A stretch of DNA of 64,000 nt from Octopus bimaculoides (taxonomy: Eukaryota). Position 1 is the first letter of the stretch; every line of letters begins with the position of its first letter. The translations under genes were made by a program, and so were the position numbers. The notes under the pieces were generated by a model that did no database searches, was not told where the DNA came from, and saw only the letters and a program-made list of their open reading frames with translations. The stretch is taken from the NCBI RefSeq assembly GCF_001194135.2, contig NC_068981.1, positions 73,327,377 through 73,391,376 on the forward strand, given 5' to 3'. Positions 63,215 to 64,000 of this stretch are shown piece after piece.

Positions 63215-63600
63215 CAACCATCACCATCACCAGTGCCACCACCATCACCACCACAACTATCATACACACACCATTCAGATTTCTCACGCCACCACCATCA
63301 ATACGTTTAATTTCGCCGCCTTCCTCTCCACCACCATTACCACTGTCCTTAACATCACTTATTATCACCGTCATCTCTGACTGACTCGGCTACCACCACC
63401 ACCACCACCACCACAACCACCACCACCACCACAATCACCACCACCACCACCATCATCACCGTCGCCCCCGCCTCTATCACAACTACAGCTTATACTATTA
63501 CTATCACCCCATTATCATCATAACTGTCAATCTACTCCCGCCCTCACCGTCTCTATGATTACTATTACTTTCACCCCATCCTGAGGAATAGTAGAAATGT
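63215..63600. repeat. degenerate (CAC/CAT)n low-complexity tract
   Basis: Direct reading of the sequence. Confidence 0.85.
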
Positions 63601-63935
63601 GATTGAATAGTGAGAGAGGAGGGTCAAAGTGTGACACACTGACACACAGAAATTCGTTTTGGCATTTATTTTTATACAAGTATATGGGTGTAGTATACGT
63701 GTGTGTATACACATACATAGATACTTAGTTAAGTGTAAACAAAGCTGCAAGGCTTTCTTTTCCTGAAGAAAAAAAAGAATTACAAGTATTTTTTAAAAAT
63801 TAACACAGGGCATTCCGTACATTACAATTTCCACTTCATTAATTGCTTTGTGGATTTCGTATTTTCGATCTTCTGTCGTTTACAATCGGGAGACTAAAAG
63901 AAACGATATGTGAAGATTCAGTAAAATATAACCCA

Positions 63936-64000
<65 letters not shown>

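Noticed and set aside
1-64000. CRISPR array, prokaryotic operon or defence system
   Set aside because: There are no regularly spaced repeats with unique spacers and no gene-dense coding DNA; all recurring sequences are dispersed eukaryotic SINEs, MITEs or simple repeats.

Overview
AT-rich, repeat-saturated eukaryotic (metazoan) draft sequence with 14 N-gaps, most of them next to (TA)n or (TG)n tracts. The repeat content looks to me like a cephalopod (Octopus-type) genome, but that is recognition from memory, not a search result. There is no prokaryotic operon, rRNA, CRISPR array or confidently identifiable host gene, and most long ORFs in the supplied track are artefacts of N-runs or microsatellites. 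The window holds four tRNA-derived SINE families, here called A to D, in more than 25 copies or fragments. Retroelement remnants include an R4/Dong-like non-LTR element with an RLE domain and several Penelope-like (PLE) reverse-transcriptase (RT) fragments. DNA transposon remnants include a mariner, two hATs and a Chapaev-like transposase, plus several MITE/foldback elements, and there are a few weak candidate host exons. The most interesting observations are three. First, a TSD-flanked chimeric SINE (family A body plus a family D segment) that inserted as one unit. Second, three degenerate minimal hammerhead-ribozyme motifs sharing a downstream motif, probably PLE termini. Third, a Merlin-like MITE with a perfect 8-bp TSD and an internal TTAGGG array.
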